Assembly: GCA_041497675.1 (NCBI GenBank)
Contig: JBGQGY010000092.1
Location: 1-15,805, forward strand
Origin: a bacterium
Lineage (GTDB): Bacteria; Sysuimicrobiota; Sysuimicrobiia; Sysuimicrobiales; Humicultoraceae
Direction: 5' to 3'
Length of the DNA: 15,805 nt
Positions 14,842-15,805 of this stretch are shown piece after piece. The stretch's first letter is position 1, and each line of letters starts with the position of its first letter. The notes below the pieces were generated by a model, which worked only from the letters and a program-made list of their open reading frames with translations, had not been told where the DNA came from and searched no databases. Made by a program: the position numbers and the translations under genes.

Positions 14842-15804
14842 TCAGATTCTTCCGGGAGGTTGAGAATCTTTGATCGCGCGCGCGCGCGCCATGGCCCGGG
14901 CGAACCCGGGAAGGGATCGCTCGACCATGTCGTCGGTGGCGGTCAGCGACAAACGGAAGTAACCCGGCAGGTCCAGGAACGCCCCGGGCATGGCGATGAT
15001 CCTCTCCTCCGTCAGCCACTCGCAGAACAGGGCATCATCAGGGAGAGGGCAACGGGGCATGAGATAGAATGTCGCCTCGGGCACGTGCACCCCGTATCCG
15101 AACTCGCGAAGCGCCTCGACCATCCGATCGCGTCTGACCTGGATTCGGCCAACATCCACCGTAAGCGGGTCGAGGTCGGGGAGCGCGTGCTGGAGGAGCG
15201 CGTTGGGCCACGCGTAGCCCGTCGCGAGCTGCCCGGCCATGAGCGCGACGCGAAACACGTCGCGCTCCGGCATCCGCGGGTGGACGGCGATGTAGCCGAT
15301 GCGCTGCCCGGGGGCAAGCAGAACCTTGCCGTACGAGTAAATGAGAAACGTTCTCATATAATAGGCGGCCGGTGAGGTGAATGGGCGGCCGTCGAACAAG
15401 ATGCGGTTGTATGCTTCGTCCGAGAGAAGATAGATGGGCTGGTGGCGCTCCGACGCCTCAGTCAGCACACTGGCGAGCCGCTGCAGGGCCTCGGGCGGAA
15501 AGATCCTCCCGGTCGGGTTGTGAGGAGTGTTGATTATCATGGCCCGCGTGCGCGGCGTCAGCGCCCCTGCCACCGCTTCCACGTCGAGATCGAAGGTCTT
15601 GGGCAGCACTTTCACCCGAACGGCGCGGGCACCGGCGGCCCGGATCAGCGGCTCGTAGAGAAAGTGCGGCGGGCTGACGATGATGACCTCGTCTCCTGGC
15701 TCGCACACGGTTCGCAACGTCGCAGCCAAAGCGGCGATGGAGGCGTTGGTGAGGGCGATGTCCTCCGGGTCGAACGGGATGCCCAGGTAGGCCCGTAGCG
15801 ACGC
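14842..15804 (-). CDS. PLP-dependent aminotransferase class I/II (aspartate aminotransferase-like); 5' end outside the window
   Basis: INTPHNPTG, LSDEAY, SYGK..APGQRIG (PLP Lys), FRLSL. The frame is open to the window edge (ASLRAYLGIPFDPEDIALTNAS...). Confidence 0.93.
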   Translation of the reverse strand, partial: ASLRAYLGIPFDPEDIALTNASIAALAATLRTVCEPGDEVIIVSPPHFLYEPLIRAAGARAVRVKVLPKTFDLDVEAVAGALTPRTRAMIINTPHNPTGRIFPPEALQRLASVLTEASERHQPIYLLSDEAYNRILFDGRPFTSPAAYYMRTFLIYSYGKVLLAPGQRIGYIAVHPRMPERDVFRVALMAGQLATGYAWPNALLQHALPDLDPLTVDVGRIQVRRDRMVEALREFGYGVHVPEATFYLMPRCPLPDDALFCEWLTEERIIAMPGAFLDLPGYFRLSLTATDDMVERSLPGFARAMARARAIKDSQPPGRI

Positions 15805-15805
15805 C

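Noticed and set aside
14875..14888. (CG)7 dinucleotide run
   Set aside because: Encodes the Ala-Arg repeat (ARARA) near the aminotransferase C-terminus; no sign of phase variation.
1..15805. CRISPR arrays, tRNA/rRNA genes, IS elements and intrinsic terminators
   Set aside because: No regularly spaced repeats, RNA gene signatures, transposase motifs or clear hairpin-plus-U-tract terminators were seen by eye.

Overview
GC-rich bacterial chromosomal window of mostly transport and catabolic genes; no rRNA, tRNA, CRISPR array or transposase was recognised. Left to right: 3' end of a DapA-family gene (+); an AfuA/FbpA-type ABC binding protein and permease with no adjacent ATPase (-); a class III nucleotidyl cyclase fused to an N-terminal DUF6582-like domain, with non-canonical substrate-specifying residues (-); a NitT/TauT ABC transporter plus LLM oxidoreductase operon (-); an SDR whose catalytic Tyr is replaced by His (-); a probably decaying secreted HNH-like gene and a patchy intergenic region; a BBE-family FAD oxidoreductase (+); a DinB-MFS-small-protein operon (-) divergent from an XRE/MmyB regulator, with a clear palindromic operator; a B-box zinc-finger membrane protein (+); and a class I/II aminotransferase running off the right end (-). 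The best leads are the DUF6582-cyclase fusion, the His-for-Tyr SDR, and an AGGR-N16-CGAA motif upstream of four transcription units, which suggests an alternative-sigma regulon. Family calls come from motif recognition by eye; no database searches were run.
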